Assembly (NCBI GenBank): GCA_964016885.1
Contig: OZ024747.1
Location: 14,446,001 to 14,510,000 of the forward strand
Length of the DNA: 64,000 nt
DNA from: Eledone cirrhosa
Taxonomy: Eukaryota
Direction: 5' to 3'
Part shown: one piece after another, positions 1-15,065 of the stretch
Layout of the letters: the number at the start of each line of letters is the position of its first letter
Position numbering within the stretch: the first letter of the stretch is position 1
Program-made: the position numbers and the translations under genes
The notes under the pieces: generated by a model
Seen by the model: only the letters and a program-made list of their open reading frames with translations
Databases searched by the model: none
What the model was told of the DNA's origin: nothing

Positions 1-228
1 CTACTGCTGTTGCTGTTGTGAAAATATTGCTCTTCTTAAAGTGGTTATTGTTGTGGTAGTTGTTGTTCTTGCTTTAGTTGCAGTTAATATTATCCTTGTT
101 GGTGATAGTGTTGTTGATGGTGATGACGATGTTGAGGATGATGACAATGATGATTGTGATGATGAAAAGAGGAGGAAAAGGAGAAAAACATTAGACGTAA
201 ATAAATGGAAATTAAGGATAAGATATAT

Positions 229-292
<64 letters not shown>

Positions 293-293
293 G

Positions 294-362
<69 letters not shown>
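229..362. repeat. (CTA)n microsatellite
   Basis: Near-perfect ACT/CTA run; explains the poly-V/poly-T ORFs at 1-448. Confidence 0.97.
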
Positions 363-1979
363 AAAATAACAAAAGATACATTTTACAGCTTCATTCTCAA
401 GTTTCGCATGATATTAGCACGAGGAAATGGACTCTTCAATTTTATTAGTGATTTATATGACTTATCATACACCCACCCCCTCTCCCCAAAAGGGGGGGGG
501 GGGGAGGGGATGAGAAACAAATTATATAAAAATAAATACTGCTTGAATTTATTTTGCCACTAAAGGGTATTTTACGAACGTGCAAATATTTTCCATGCTT
601 TTGTGTATGCATATACGTCGACAGGTTTCACTGAAGGTTTTGCAAATATTCAAGTGTTTTCTTCAGTGAAATTTCCGGGATCAGTAAAAGGTTGCGATTT
701 AAAAACCTACAGTTGTCAAGAATAAGCATGTTTTTTCTAAATTTTTCTTCTCTATTACATTGGTAAAAGTGTAATACCAAGAGGGAAAAACATTTTTCTT
801 CTTTCTCAAGCTTCAAACTTGTCTTGACAAAATCTTATTTTCTCGTTTTCTTTTTCAGATATATAAATTTAATGTTGTTCGTTTTTTTTTCTCGCGTAGT
901 ATTTGAATTATTTAGATTATATATATATATATATATATCATTTAGTTTCCAAAAAGTTTCTGGTAAAGTTTATAGAAATAAAAAGTATTATAGTAATTTA
1001 TAAAAATGTCGGAAAACTTAATAAAAGTATATATTGTTATTTTTTTTCTAAAATAAAAATAGATTTTATATGATTATTTAATACAAAATATGATGAAGAA
1101 AAAAAAATGGTTAAAATTTTGTTTTCACAAATAATAAAAATATTTCATAAGATTTAATACTAAATAGATTTAACTGTTTAATGTTTATACTGCAAGCTGG
1201 GTAAATAATGTATATGGGTTGGTTGGGGTGGAAACAACACTCACTCATATCAGTAAGATCACATTTATATAAAAAAATGTCTAGTTGCTTTTTTTTACGT
1301 ACAAAAACGATGATATCTAACGTGATTGGCACAACACGACATATTAAATCGTTTGCAGTTCTTGACAAGTATTTATTTTTTCTATCACCCCAAGGATGAA
1401 AGCATTGGCGAGTACAATTATATTTTATTTAATGATGTAAAATGGCGATACTAAAATAGCGATATCCTAGTGAATCTGGTACCAAATCCATATTATTTAA
1501 AGGATCGGCTTCAGATTTTATTTGAAGGGACCAGTCGACTATATCACATCCAAGCGTCACTCAGTTCACGATAGGTATTTATGAGATATTTATGAGGGAA
1601 GACGAAGTCGATCTCGGTGGAATTTGAATTGAGAACGTAAAAGGTGGTAATACAATACAAACAATCTTGTCCGCATCATACCTCTATTGGTTTTCCCACC
1701 ACTCAGATGCTATAAATACATACATAGAATTGTAGGGTATCTTGGGCTTTTAACCCTTAGCGAGCCTATCCCGCTCCAGATTCAAAGACAATAGAGTTCT
1801 TCCAAGGAAAAAGGATATATATATATATATATAGTATTTTCCGTAGTGTTGTAATATGAATATTACACACAGTAGATGGACAGCTCACGTAGGGTTTGCT
1901 CGACGGTTCCAGTTGTAGTTTCAAAAGTAATCCGGAGAAAATTGAAGGATTTAAATGGATACAGTTCAGTAAAAGGAAT

Positions 1980-2100
1980 TTATTGACACGTGTTTCAATA
2001 ACAGTTATATAACCTGAAAACGGCTGCTATCTACAAAGTATTAATTATGCAGACTCTCAATATTTCAATGTTATTTTCAACTATCATTTCATCAGAATAA
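1980..2100 (-). ncRNA. Type I hammerhead ribozyme motif with long stem II (family F, PLE pLTR-like)
   Basis: Minus strand: TTATT-CTGATGA-AATGATAGTT...AACTGTTATT-GAAAC-ACGT-GTC|AATAA. Stem I TTATT/AATAA, 10-bp stem II base, GUC site. Region ~1946-2140 is homologous to 62262-62454. Confidence 0.85.
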
Positions 2101-2604
2101 TCTCATTGAGAACTTGTTTGGTTTTTATAGAGAATATTAATATTCTCTATATCTCTGATATTTGATTTAGGATTTTAACTTTTAATTTTAATTTTTATTC
2201 CCAACTCTCACTCTTAACTTACAATGTAAAACCATGGTACCTAGAATTAAGTTTATTTTCCCTTATGAGTTGATGGTCAGTCTTACTGTCAACGCTTAGT
2301 GAAAGGTAGTATTATGACCTATAAAAACTAACACCCTCCCATCCCCTCTGGCTTTCGGCTGACTGCCACAGTAGCGATGGGTAGCAGTAAACTTTGGCAA
2401 GGCATAGGTGGGCCACTGACAGCGAATTTCGTTGAAATCTGCGGTGCTAATGGTCAACTTCCTTCGGACATGCGCTTGCGCAGACCGGTGGGGGCGAATT
2501 GGTACTCACAAGGGAACGGATGAAAAACCCAAAAGCACGAACATCATCCGTTCCCATGTCGATTCAATTTGGATTGCCTCGGAAACAACCTTATTATGTA
2601 ACAA

Positions 2605-2678
2605 GTTGTCTGATGATGTCACGATACTCGCACACAGAACAGTGTGGCCAGTGTCGTCATTGAAATATATATCACAGC
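2605..2678 (+). ncRNA. Type I hammerhead ribozyme motif
   Basis: GTTGT-CTGATGA-TGTC-ACGATACT..CACAC..GTGTG..AGTGTCGT-CATT-GAAA-TATATA-TC|ACAGC. Stem I GTTGT/ACAGC, AUC site; ATTAAA and then (TA)n follow downstream. Confidence 0.85.
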
Positions 2679-2802
2679 ATTATTATTAAAGGACTTGAAC
2701 ATCTGAAACTACTTCGCTTTTACTTATTCGATATTTACTCCGTCACTCCTATGTGGAAAAAGTACGTTGAGTGCTTGAATTGAATTGCATCAATGTTTAC
2801 CC

Positions 2803-2858
<56 letters not shown>

Positions 2859-2884
2859 TGAGAGAGAGAGTATGTATGAATTAA

Positions 2885-3025
2885 ACCGGGTATGTGTTTG
2901 GTACTCTATTTATCGACTTCGAAATGTTGAAAGACAAAGTTGACTACGGCTGGATTTGAGCTCAGAGCTCAGAGAGCCGCATTCTAATGCATTCCAATGT
3001 CTCTACTAATTTTCCACTTACCCGT
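2885..3025 (-). mobile_element. Diverged tRNA-derived SINE family 1 copy
   Basis: tggtactctatttatcgac...gaaagacaaagttgactacggctggatttga matches the SINE1 core seen at 45373-45564. Confidence 0.7.
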
Positions 3026-3662
3026 GTAAGTATCAATATGTGAAATCAATCCTAAAAATGAACGAGTCGTTGGATCAGTGTTGAAGTATAAGTTTCATAT
3101 AGGATGTATATAAATAAGGAGACATATTTATACCTGCTATGGTTACATAGCTTCTAATTGAATAAAAGGAAATATGGGTAGCATGTTGGAGTATTGGTAA
3201 CACATTGGTCCAACAAACCAAATATGTGGGCGCGTATCCAAAGTACGTCAATACTCAGCATTTTTTTCCATTCAGAGGGATTTTTTAAAAATTCCAACTA
3301 ACAGACTCAAATACGGCGTAAGCACATGTTACTACCTAATTTTCAAATTCGCTCGCCGTTTCTAAACAAAGCCTGCTTTGTTTTTCCTTATCTATCTATA
3401 TACATACACATATATATATACATATATATATATACACAGCGTTCTATTGGAAACACGATCATCCTCCAGTTTGAAAACTTTTTCTTATTTCCTCATTAGA
3501 CACATTAGAGTAAGCTTGGAACGGTATTCCTAGATCCATGGGGTTCTGAACATTTGAAACCCATCAAGATTTCATCTTCTGATTCAGAATTGCCATACTA
3601 GTGGCGTATTGGTCACATACATACATATATACATATATACATACATATATACATACATACAC

Positions 3663-3701
<39 letters not shown>

Positions 3702-3708
3702 TACATAC

Positions 3709-6700
3709 ATGTGACAATGCTCCTTACATGCAAACAAACACAAAAAACCTCACTCCTCACCAACAAAGAGTAACAAATAAAATAGAGACAATGTTTGGTA
3801 ACAGTAGAACAAGAACACTCCACTATAAGCTGATCACCCTCAAACAAGAATTGAGAGCTGATAACGAAGAACGCCGATACCTGAAGAAGGTAGATGAGAG
3901 AAAAGTGTTTAATAAAAGATTCAGACGAAACCAAACATCAGTCTATAGAGATATGAAGGGCAAAATAATAAGTGTCACTGAGGCCCCATCCCAGAAAGAC
4001 ATAGATTCATTTTGGAGCAAAATATGGGGTGAAAAGAAGAATTTCAACCAAGATGCAGTGTGGCTAACAGAAATCTGAAAGAACTATTGCTCCTACACTA
4101 CAATAAAAACATACGAAATAAGTGAGGGTACCCTTGAGACTGTGATAGGAAAACTCCAAGATAAGAAAACACCAGGAAGAGACATGATTGTCGGCTACTG
4201 GTACAAAAAACTGATATTCTATCGGAGGTAACTTACTGACCTCTACCAACAAGTTCTTAAGGGAGATACACTTATACCAGAATGGTTGACGTTAGCACAA
4301 CATTGCTGGTCGGCAAGAACAAAGACACCCACTTGGCAAAAACTACCGACCCATTGCATGCCAGAACCTGATGTATAAGATGTATACAGCCTGCCTGAAC
4401 AAACATTACTGGTCCCCAAGAACAAAGACACCCACTTGGAAAAAAACTACCGACCCATTGCATGCAAGAACCTGGTGTATAAGATGTATACAGCCTGCCT
4501 GAACCTATTCCTCCAAGATCACTGTGAAAATATTAACATCATCACAGATGAACAAGCAGCTGGAAAGAAAGGGGTTTGGCGATGTGCTGAACAACTCCTA
4601 ATCAACAAAACTGCGATGTCGGAGGTGCGACAACTTAGGAGGAATATGACTACAGTCTGGCTGGACTACAGGAAATCTTTTGATTCTGTTCCCCACTCTT
4701 GGATGATAGAAGCCCTCCAACTTGCTAAAGGCCCAGATATTATTGTCAGAGCCATAGAGAAGCTGTCTTCTTCTTGGGCTACTATCCTAAGGTTAAAAAC
4801 AGAGAGGGAGGACTCTATTTTCACTGATAAAATAAAATATTGTAGGGGTATATTTCAGAGAGACAGTCTCTCTGTGATATTATTCATCTTGTCATTAAAC
4901 CCCTTGTCCTGTCTGCTCAAGAAATGTGAGGGATACATCATTGGCTCACAAGAGGACAGAAATACAAACCTAACCCATAATTTCTTTGTGGACGATCTGA
5001 AACTCTATGCCAAGAACATGGATGGGATGAAGAAACATCTTGACCTGGTTACAACGTTCTCAAAGGATATAGGAATGGAGTTTGGCCAAGATAAATGCTC
5101 ATACATGACTGTAAAGCGGGGAAAAACAACAACCCAATCTAGCAACATTGTCATCAATGGCCTAACTGTTTCACCGATATCTGATGAGGACTGCTACAGA
5201 TGCCTGAGGATAGATGAGAACATATCCTATAATGGTATCTGTAATAAAGAACGCGTAACCAAGGAATACTACACCCGATTAAGAAAATCTGGTCATCGGA
5301 ACTCTCTGCGCAAAACAAAACAGTGGCTCACAATGTGTTTGCTGTGCCTGTCCTAACACCAACGTTTGGAATACTCAATTGGACGATAGACGAAATCCGA
5401 GCAGTTGATGATGGAACTCGAAAAATACTGAACAACACCGGAAACTTCCACATCAACAGTGACATAGACCGCCTTTACTTGAAACGTAAGCAGGGAGGCA
5501 GAGGCCTAACATCAGTCCAGACAACATTTGAATGTCGCATCATATCTCTCCGACAACATCTACAAACCTCGAAGCGTAGGAGCCCGTTTCTCGAGCAAGT
5601 CTATCTGCATGAAACAGATAAGATCATGAGAGTTGGGAAGGAACTCCTCGAGAGATATTCCCTGTGTGATAATCAAAAGCTCACACCCAGGGATATCGCT
5701 CAGCAGTATCGCAGTGAATCCATGGATGAAAAACTGCATGCCTATCAGCAAAAAATCATGCATGGATATGTTGCCAGGAAGCTCCAGAGTGAGAGTAATA
5801 TAGATAAGGAAAGTAGTCTATCTTGGACCAACAACCGCTATATTGGCTCCCACTTTGAAGGATACGCTTTTGCAACCCAGGAATAGATTAGCACGAAATA
5901 CCTGATTCACAAAAGAGATAGGGATGCAGGCAAAACACCTAGATGTGATAACAAGTGCAGACTCAGCAGAACTAACATCGAGGATATCACCCATGTCATC
6001 AGCAGCTGTCCAAAGAGGTTATCGCGGTACTATCTACCTATGAGGCATGATGTAGTGTCCAAAACCCTGTACAATGCAGTTCGTAAAAAAGATAGCCCCG
6101 ATAATAAACATATTAAAAGCTACAGCAATGTGGAAGACATTCATGTACATAATATGAAAGAGTACTGGTGGAATCTTCCAGTAAAAACCCCAATAAAATG
6201 CAGGCATAACAGACCAGATATTATGATATGGGACAGGGAGAAGAAAGCATGCACAGTAGTGGAAATTAGCTGCCCAGCAGATGCCAATATAATATCATAG
6301 ATTAGTGAAAAGGAGAACATTTATACAGAACTGATGAAAAATCTGCAGATACTCCACCCTGATTACACCTTCAGATTTATGCCTGTGATTATTGGGGCAC
6401 TGGGATATGTTAGTAACTGCCTCAATACAAATCTTGAGAAGCTAGGCTTCACAGAAACAGAAAGAACAACTATTTAGGAAATTACAAGTACAATCCATTA
6501 ATGGAACAGTAAAAGTATGTAAGACATTCCAAAAACTTTGCATCTAATAACTGCATTTACACATATACAGATACAAAGCATATACACATGCACATATAAA
6601 ACTCAAAACATCCACATCCACACATACAATAACATCCATATCTACACATGCATGCATACATACATACCTACCTAGTTGATGTTGTGTAAATTCCAATGAG

Positions 6701-6776
6701 AGAGTCTTGTGTCTTTGTTAGAAACCGACTCTCTCTCTATTGGTAAAACTTTGTGAAATTATAAAATCAGAAGAAC
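3709..6776 (+). mobile_element. 5'-truncated, degenerate R4/Dong-like non-LTR retrotransposon (RT + zinc knuckle + restriction-like endonuclease)
   Basis: Broken ORFs 3728-6300: NYRPIAC, WLDYRKSFDSVPH, GIFQRDSLS, FVDDLKLY (RT); C-x2-(S)-x8-H-x4-C knuckle; RHD and RPD...VEISCP (REL). 3' UTR stem-loop at ~6692-6743. Identical flanks ATACACACACATACATAC at 3691-3708 and 6777-6794. Confidence 0.92.
3728..6548 (+). pseudogene. Disrupted RT-REL polyprotein ORF of the R4/Dong-like element
   Basis: Split by stops and frameshifts near 4076, 4300-4400 (duplication), 5285, 5884 and 6298. Confidence 0.88.
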
Positions 6777-7049
6777 ATACACACACATACATACCTATAT
6801 ACATACATATATATATACAGACATACATAGATATGTATATACAGACATACATACATATATACATAGTGGAATTGAAGAGTCTATTGAGTCAATTCTTTTA
6901 TATAACTAGCACTGGATATTGACCCTGCGGGAATGAAAAGCTCAGACAAACCAGATGGAATTTGAACGCAAAGCACTAAGGGACGTACACTTAACACCGC
7001 AAGGCATTTAAACTTTTGTGCACCAACGTTTTCCAACTATTCTCGTGAC

Positions 7050-7822
<773 letters not shown>

Positions 7823-8274
7823 TGGCATTCAAATACTAATGGATATAGATTCATACGGTTTCAAGTAAGAAAAACGCTGGAATTCTAGAATATTTTATCA
7901 CTTGGATCTATTTCTCCCTCCCATCCCCTATATTGTTACCCTCGGTTAGCCGTTTCATTTTTGCTTTCTTTTCACTAAAGCAGAAAAATGTTCCTGTTGT
8001 CCGCTTCTTTTTTTCTTTCTTTCCAATTCTTTCATTGTACATAACAAATAATGCTAACCCCTAAGGATACTACAATGACTATTTGTTAGGAAAGCAGGGT
8101 GATTAGAATTGGCGAGTAAGCCTTAAGCAATTTGCCGATCATTACAGAAACTTAATGAGAATCTGCCAGCAGGGTTTCACTAGAAAATTGGATTTTGCAC
8201 GCACGGAAGCACTAAAAGTAAATTTTTCTGTCATTTTATATTTTGATCTCTTATATATATATATATATATATAT

Positions 8275-8368
<94 letters not shown>

Positions 8369-8570
8369 TATATATATAATATATGTATGTATAAAGGTAT
8401 GTATGTATGCATATGTGTATTTATGTATTTGAATTTAAAACTAAAGGAAAAATATGAAGAAAATATGTTTAAATAATAGAAAAAAGAAATCTTAATAATA
8501 CAAATAATAGGCTTAGTATATATTCCAGATAAGCGGTATTAATAAGAGGACATGCATCCCCAATCCAAAC

Positions 8571-8648
<78 letters not shown>

Positions 8649-11155
8649 TTCACTCCCTCTCTCTCTATATATATATTTCCTTTAGATATCTAGACATCTT
8701 TTTATTTGAAGCTAACAACTTTACACTATATTTATCAAATATATACATATGCATGTGTGGATATGTTTGTGCATATCTACATGTATATATATGTGGGGAT
8801 TGGGGTCTCTGTGGGCGTCTCTTTGTTTGACTTACTAATGACGATCAATGCGTTCATAAATAATCATATGATATAATAAACATATGGCGATACTTATTTG
8901 CATATAATAGTCTAATAACGGACTCCCATTTTATCACTTTATATCATTCACACAGGAAGAAAGAAAGGCAAAGCGAACTACAACGGGCTTTGATATCAGA
9001 ATGTAAAAACCTGAACTAAAAATAGATAAATCAAATCCCACTTATTAACAATATTAACGAATTTTACTTTAAACCTCCAAGTCACAGTTCAGTTTCAATA
9101 TGTTGTTTCTTGGAACATTTGATATAAAGAAAAATAATAATAATTCCGTGGATACTGCTTCCACATTTGGAAATAAAAATTTATAAATAAAATGGATAAA
9201 ATAAAGCATCATTGAATTTTTTCAAACAGTCAATAATATATTTTTCTACTTTATATATTTATTTAGATTAATGTTACCAAACGATATTTTGATAATTAAA
9301 GGATGTGTAGACGTTCATGAGATACTTAATTGTTAATTTTATATTTATTTTAAATATTGTAAAGTAAAAAGAAGTAACTGCCTTTAGCGATTATTAAAGG
9401 CATGATTTTTAAGGACAACGTTTTATCTGTGTAGGTTTAAGCACTTCTTTGCTTCTCTGCAGGCCATTATTCCCAAGTAGAAGGACTTAATTGGAAAGAA
9501 TAACAAAGAAGCATACAAAGATACTAATGATATTCCAAGTTGACTGTTAAACATATTTTCTACAACAGATATATTAAAATTTGAAATGAGAGGCTGACGA
9601 TAAAAGTCGCCTTTGATTAAAAGGAAAAAAATTCTTTCAGCGAAGAATTGGGAATGAATGAAAAAAAAAAAAAAAATTTATGTACATGCAAACATATTGA
9701 TACTTATTTTTATGAAAGAGGGTTGCAGTGTCAAATTGGTCAAGAAATGTCTATAAAAGATGTCCACATTCCTAGTCTTCTACACAGAATCTACCACACA
9801 GAATATGATACGAATAAATGTGTGTATGTAAGCGGAATTTTCCATGAAACGTATTGAAATTAAATAGTCAACAAAGTTGTGTACTCTATACACCAGGCTT
9901 TCTAAACCACATCTCTAAGGAAAATTCAGACTTAGACTCCGCCCCTAGTCTGTTTTTTTAAAACTACATTCCTGCATATAAACTTACATACGTTCTAGTG
10001 AAAGGAACACGTAATAAATCGGTTTGTAAGATCAATCAAAGTCCACAGCTTAACATATCATTTGATAATGATTCATGAGTAGTGACCAATCTATTGTAAC
10101 ACATATTTATATATATATACATAACTGTAATGTCAATAGAATATTTGCGGTATTTGTTTTATCATGTGTTCATAAGAAATAAAATATAAGAAAGTAATTC
10201 AAAGAAAAAGAATGGCGTTATTTTTCTGAAAACTATTTTACTTTTTTCTTATTTCTTATTCAATTAAATGGAAACTGGGCTATAAAACCTCATTATATAA
10301 GCACGAACCTAACAGAAGTTCAATATCTAATTTTGAGAAAACGATTGTTTATTTTTCGTTTCTCTCTCTTTCCCAAATCCATCTCTCTCTCTTTTCATTT
10401 TAGTTTATTTCATAATAATTAATTTCAAATTCACTGAATTGTGGTTTTCGTAGAAGTTTAAAGGAACTGAAACCAGAAATCTAACCGGAAATAATTATAG
10501 CAATGATGGGAAATAGTGGGAATGGAGGAGAGAGAAAGAGGGATAGGGAAGTTTGTTACTGTAGGCTTCAGAGCACTTATCTATTAGAGTAGAAAGTAAG
10601 AATATTTGAAATATTAGAAGAAAAATATATAACAAATGAAAAATGGCTTGTCAATATAAATTCCAAGAGAGAGGGGGAGAGGTACAGAGAGAGATATTGA
10701 GAAAGAGAAGGAGAAAAGGGGTAGGGAGAGAAAGGAAAAAAAGCAGAGAGAAAGAGAGAGACAGGGGGAGTAAGTGATAGATAAATAGACTGAAAGAAAA
10801 TATATATAGAAGGAGGAATGAGAGAAGGAGGAAGAGAGTGAGAGTACAATAAAATGAGAAATACAGAAAAAGGGGGATAGAAAAGGAGACAGGAACTGAA
10901 AGAGAGCGAATGAGAGACGAACGAGAGATAGGAAGAGAGAGAGAGAGATAGAGATAGAGAGGGGGTGGGGGTGAAATAAAGAAAGCACGGGAAGAAAGGA
11001 AGGAACAAACAAATGAAAAGAAGAAAGGAAGTGAGTGATACAAAGAGAGAGACAATATATTTGGAGAGAGGGATATGGATAATGAGAGAGATGAAGGCAG
11101 AAACGAGAAAGACAAAACGATATATATGTATGTACACTTACACACACACACACAC

Positions 11156-11224
<69 letters not shown>

Positions 11225-11252
11225 ACACATATATATATATATATATATATAT

Positions 11253-11449
11253 AAGAAAGAAGGTGTGCTAAGATACCAGGTGGACCATAACGCACCAGAG
11301 TACTCGATACTTTGGGTAGTAGAGTGGGTAATAGGAAAAGAGTCAGGACCCCGACGGCTGAGCTCCGGCCGTTTCGACAGCTAGATCCGAACTGCTCGAA
11401 TCTAGTTGTCGAAACGGCCGGAGCTCAGCCGTCGGGGTCCTGACTCTTT
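11253..11449. mobile_element. Family A (subfamily A2) inverted pLTR-like insert in (TA)n
   Basis: Long minus arm plus short plus arm form the palindrome agagtcaggaccccgacggctgagctccggccgtttcgac...gtcgaaacggccggagctcagccgtcggggtcctgactct; carries the 3' half of a hammerhead. Confidence 0.85.
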
Positions 11450-11596
11450 CTCTCTCTCTCTCTCTCTGTATATATTTATATATATATATATATAAATGAA
11501 TTAATTATCTTATATTGTTTATTACATAACTAACAAGTTCTGTAGCCTACATAGAGCACTCTCTTTTCCTTTACCTTTCCTACGGAAATACATCAT

Positions 11597-11629
<33 letters not shown>

Positions 11630-12334
11630 ATGCGCGGCTAAGTGAGGTTTGGTGAGGTTATTTAACCCTTAGTTGGGTATTGATGGCCGTTGCTTCTGAG
11701 AAATACATCTGCCATTTGAGCAGTTCTTCTTTTTTGTGCTGCTGGGGTTTCACTTACCCTACTCACCAGATCAGGGTCTCATAGCAGAGCCAGTTTAGCC
11801 AGTGACAACTCGACCATGGAAACAGGTTGAACTAGGTTACCTGGCAAGCAGAAGCCTGACTTGACCATGCCATATTGCAGTAGCAATAACTATTACGTAA
11901 ATCATTACAGATGACGCTGATGGTGATGATGAAGGGAATTTCATGATTCATGATGATGTAGATGAAGTTAGTGATAAAGATGAGGAAAATGAAGAGGAGG
12001 GCGAGGAGAAGGGGGAGGGGAATGAGGTATATGTGGGGTGGGGGTGGGGAGGAGGAGGAGGAGGTGGATGAGAAGAAGGAGGGCAAGGATGAGGAGGAGG
12101 GCGAGGAAGAGGAGGATCAAGAGAACTGGGAATTTGAAATTGATTAAATTAGTGATGATGATGTCGACGACGACAACGATGACGATGATGATGGTGATGA
12201 CGATGATGATGATGATGATGTTGATAATGACGATAATAATGATTTAGTTTAAGGTGATGATGATACCTCACCGTGATGTTGACAGACGTCCATGACATTT
12301 TCATCAGTAGCAGAACAGAACACCGCAGTATACG

Positions 12335-12382
<48 letters not shown>

Positions 12383-12423
12383 CACACACACATACACACA
12401 CACACACATATATGTATACATAC

Positions 12424-12510
<87 letters not shown>

Positions 12511-12547
12511 TATATATATTTATATATAATTATACATACATATATAT

Positions 12548-12625
<78 letters not shown>

Positions 12626-12654
12626 TCATATATAATTATACATCATATATATAT

Positions 12655-12703
<49 letters not shown>

Positions 12704-13494
12704 TGGATGTATTTACGTACAATAATCAACATCTAAATGAGTGATATTTGAAAAGCATTTTCTTTATACCACCACCACCACCACCACCACTCTGAACTCC
12801 ATTCTTACCACCACTACCACATCCACTACCATCATTAGCACTTTCAACTACAACAACAATATCTGCACCACCACAACTACAACTACCACCAACAGTAGCA
12901 CCAACACAGTCACACATCCCGTACTCATTCCATGTCATTTCGCTTCTCCATCTACATAATGAACTTCGTATTCTCGTGCTTTTGAAATGTTTGAAATCAT
13001 AATTATTATCATCTTTGGTATTAGTAGCATCTCTAAACCCATCAGTATTATCATTGCTGTTGTTATTGTAGTTTTAACTGTTGTTGTTTTTGTTGTTGCT
13101 GTTGCAGTTTTTGTTCTCATTAAAACTTTTTCTCATTATATTATATCAATTACCTTTTATTTTACATTCACCTGACTGTTCTTCATTGTTATTGTTGACA
13201 TTAAAAATAATAATTTCTACGAGGTTGTTTTGACTTACAGAAGGATGTTTCAAATGTTATTATATTCATGTTTTCATATTTGAAGGTGAGCCATTGTTTT
13301 TTCAAAGAAACCGGCTTAGAAAACTGAAGAGAAAAGAACGTAGCATGAATGCCATGAAAATATCGATGATGGGTAATAAATGATTTGATTAATAGATTAA
13401 ACTTACTGTCGCTGGATCAAACACACAGGAGATATTTTTATTCTTCAAACTACTATTATATGATACAGTGAAATATATTGTTAATGACCTGTGT

Positions 13495-13655
13495 ACGCAG
13501 TATGGCCGAATGGTTAAGAAGTTTGATTCGCACTCATAAGACCCTGAGTTCAATCATACCACGTGACATATTAGACAAGTGTCATTTAACATACCTTCGT
13601 GTCGATCTAAGTTTTGCGAGGGAAATTGAATAGATGGATACTCTTTGGAAGCCTG
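13495..13655 (+). mobile_element. Diverged tRNA-derived CORE-like SINE (family 2)
   Basis: A box tggccgaatggtt, B box gagttcaatc, then ttagacaagtgtcatttaac (CORE-like). Confidence 0.6.
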
Positions 13656-14139
13656 TCCGATGGACTGTTACGGTGGACGATTGACCGAACCATGTCCTAC
13701 ATTCCACCATTTTAAATCAATTTAACAACAGCGACATGAGTACACGTGTATGTGGAATACCCATCAACGTAACCATCATTTAAAAAAAAGTAGGCGTTCC
13801 GTTGGTCGAACAACTAGTACACTCCTCGTCGAACCTGACGGATTTCCCCGAAGAAGTTCATTTTCAATTGTTACAGCTTAATTAGGATAACCACGTTCTA
13901 CGGAGAATAAACCTAAGGTAACTTCTAAATTCATATTTTAGTGTATATCTAGTTTTATAATTACATTAGACATTGCTATGGCATGGTGTTGTACCTCTTG
14001 AGAGAGTAGTAGTAATGTTATATTGGCATACGGTCTTCTAGGGTCTTTTAAAACCTGGCGAGCCCATCACTGTCCAGGTTTAAACTCAGCGGATTTCTTC
14101 CAGAGAATGACAGAGACAGTGAGAAAGAGATATAAAAAA

Positions 14140-14310
14140 CCGACACCAGTACTTGACTGGTACTTGACTGGTACTGTTTTATCGACATCGAAATGGTGAA
14201 AGACAAAGTTGACCTCGGTGGGATTGAACTCAGAGCCCAGAGCGCGGAAATTAATACCGCAAAGCATTCTATCCTGTCTGAAGTTACAACGACTTTGCCA
14301 ATTAGCCGCC
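14140..14310 (-). mobile_element. tRNA-derived SINE family 1 copy
   Basis: ctggtactgttttatcgac...aagacaaagttgacctcggtgggattgaactcag...gccaattagccgcc. Confidence 0.8.
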
Positions 14311-14980
14311 TTATTTATGACATTAACAGACAATTAAACCAAACTAGAATTAAAACTAATTTGTGAAAATTCAACATTTTAAATGCCAAACTATGCACTA
14401 GATTTTACGTAACCTAAAGCATTTCCATATCAGCTACATGAAAATGAATCAAACATTTAATTCCATTATACTTATAAATCTTTTAAAACTCTAACATAAA
14501 ATATCTTGATTGTAATCCGTTAGAATGAAATTTTAATTCCAATCATTATATAACACATTTCACCACACAATCTCTTCGCTTCATAGTATAGTATACTTTA
14601 CGATCTTTTTGCTGTAAAATCATCCCACCACTACTCCGAACATTCATCCTTCTCTGTTGAATACTTCACTAATATATATAAATATATATATATATATAGG
14701 GACTATTAAATCTCTCCCAAGGTAACTCTCTCTTGTGTTGTTATTTAATTTTTATCCTTTATACTCTTTCCTTCATTCTACACATCTCACGCATCTTATA
14801 CACACCACGCATCTCAACATACACCCACTTACATCTCTCTCTCCACCACCGGACCTTGTTACCCGGAGATTTACCCATTTGCATTGTCGAGGCTTCCAAA
14901 CGACCTAAAGATATTTACATATATATATAGTGAAAAGATAACAAGGACGATTGGTTACTCCTTCATTACATTTATTGGTT

Positions 14981-15065
14981 GGTGATGCACGTTTCGCCAC
15001 TGATCAGCTCAAGGTTCGATCTGTATCGATCTAGCCCGACTCTGTAATCCGTGGCTCATCGGACC
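14981..15065 (-). ncRNA. Hammerhead-like motif (C4 variant or decayed)
   Basis: Minus strand: GGT-CCGATGA-GCCAC...GTGGC-GAAAC-GTGC-ATC|ACC, then AATAAA; lies between (TA)n tracts. Confidence 0.65.
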
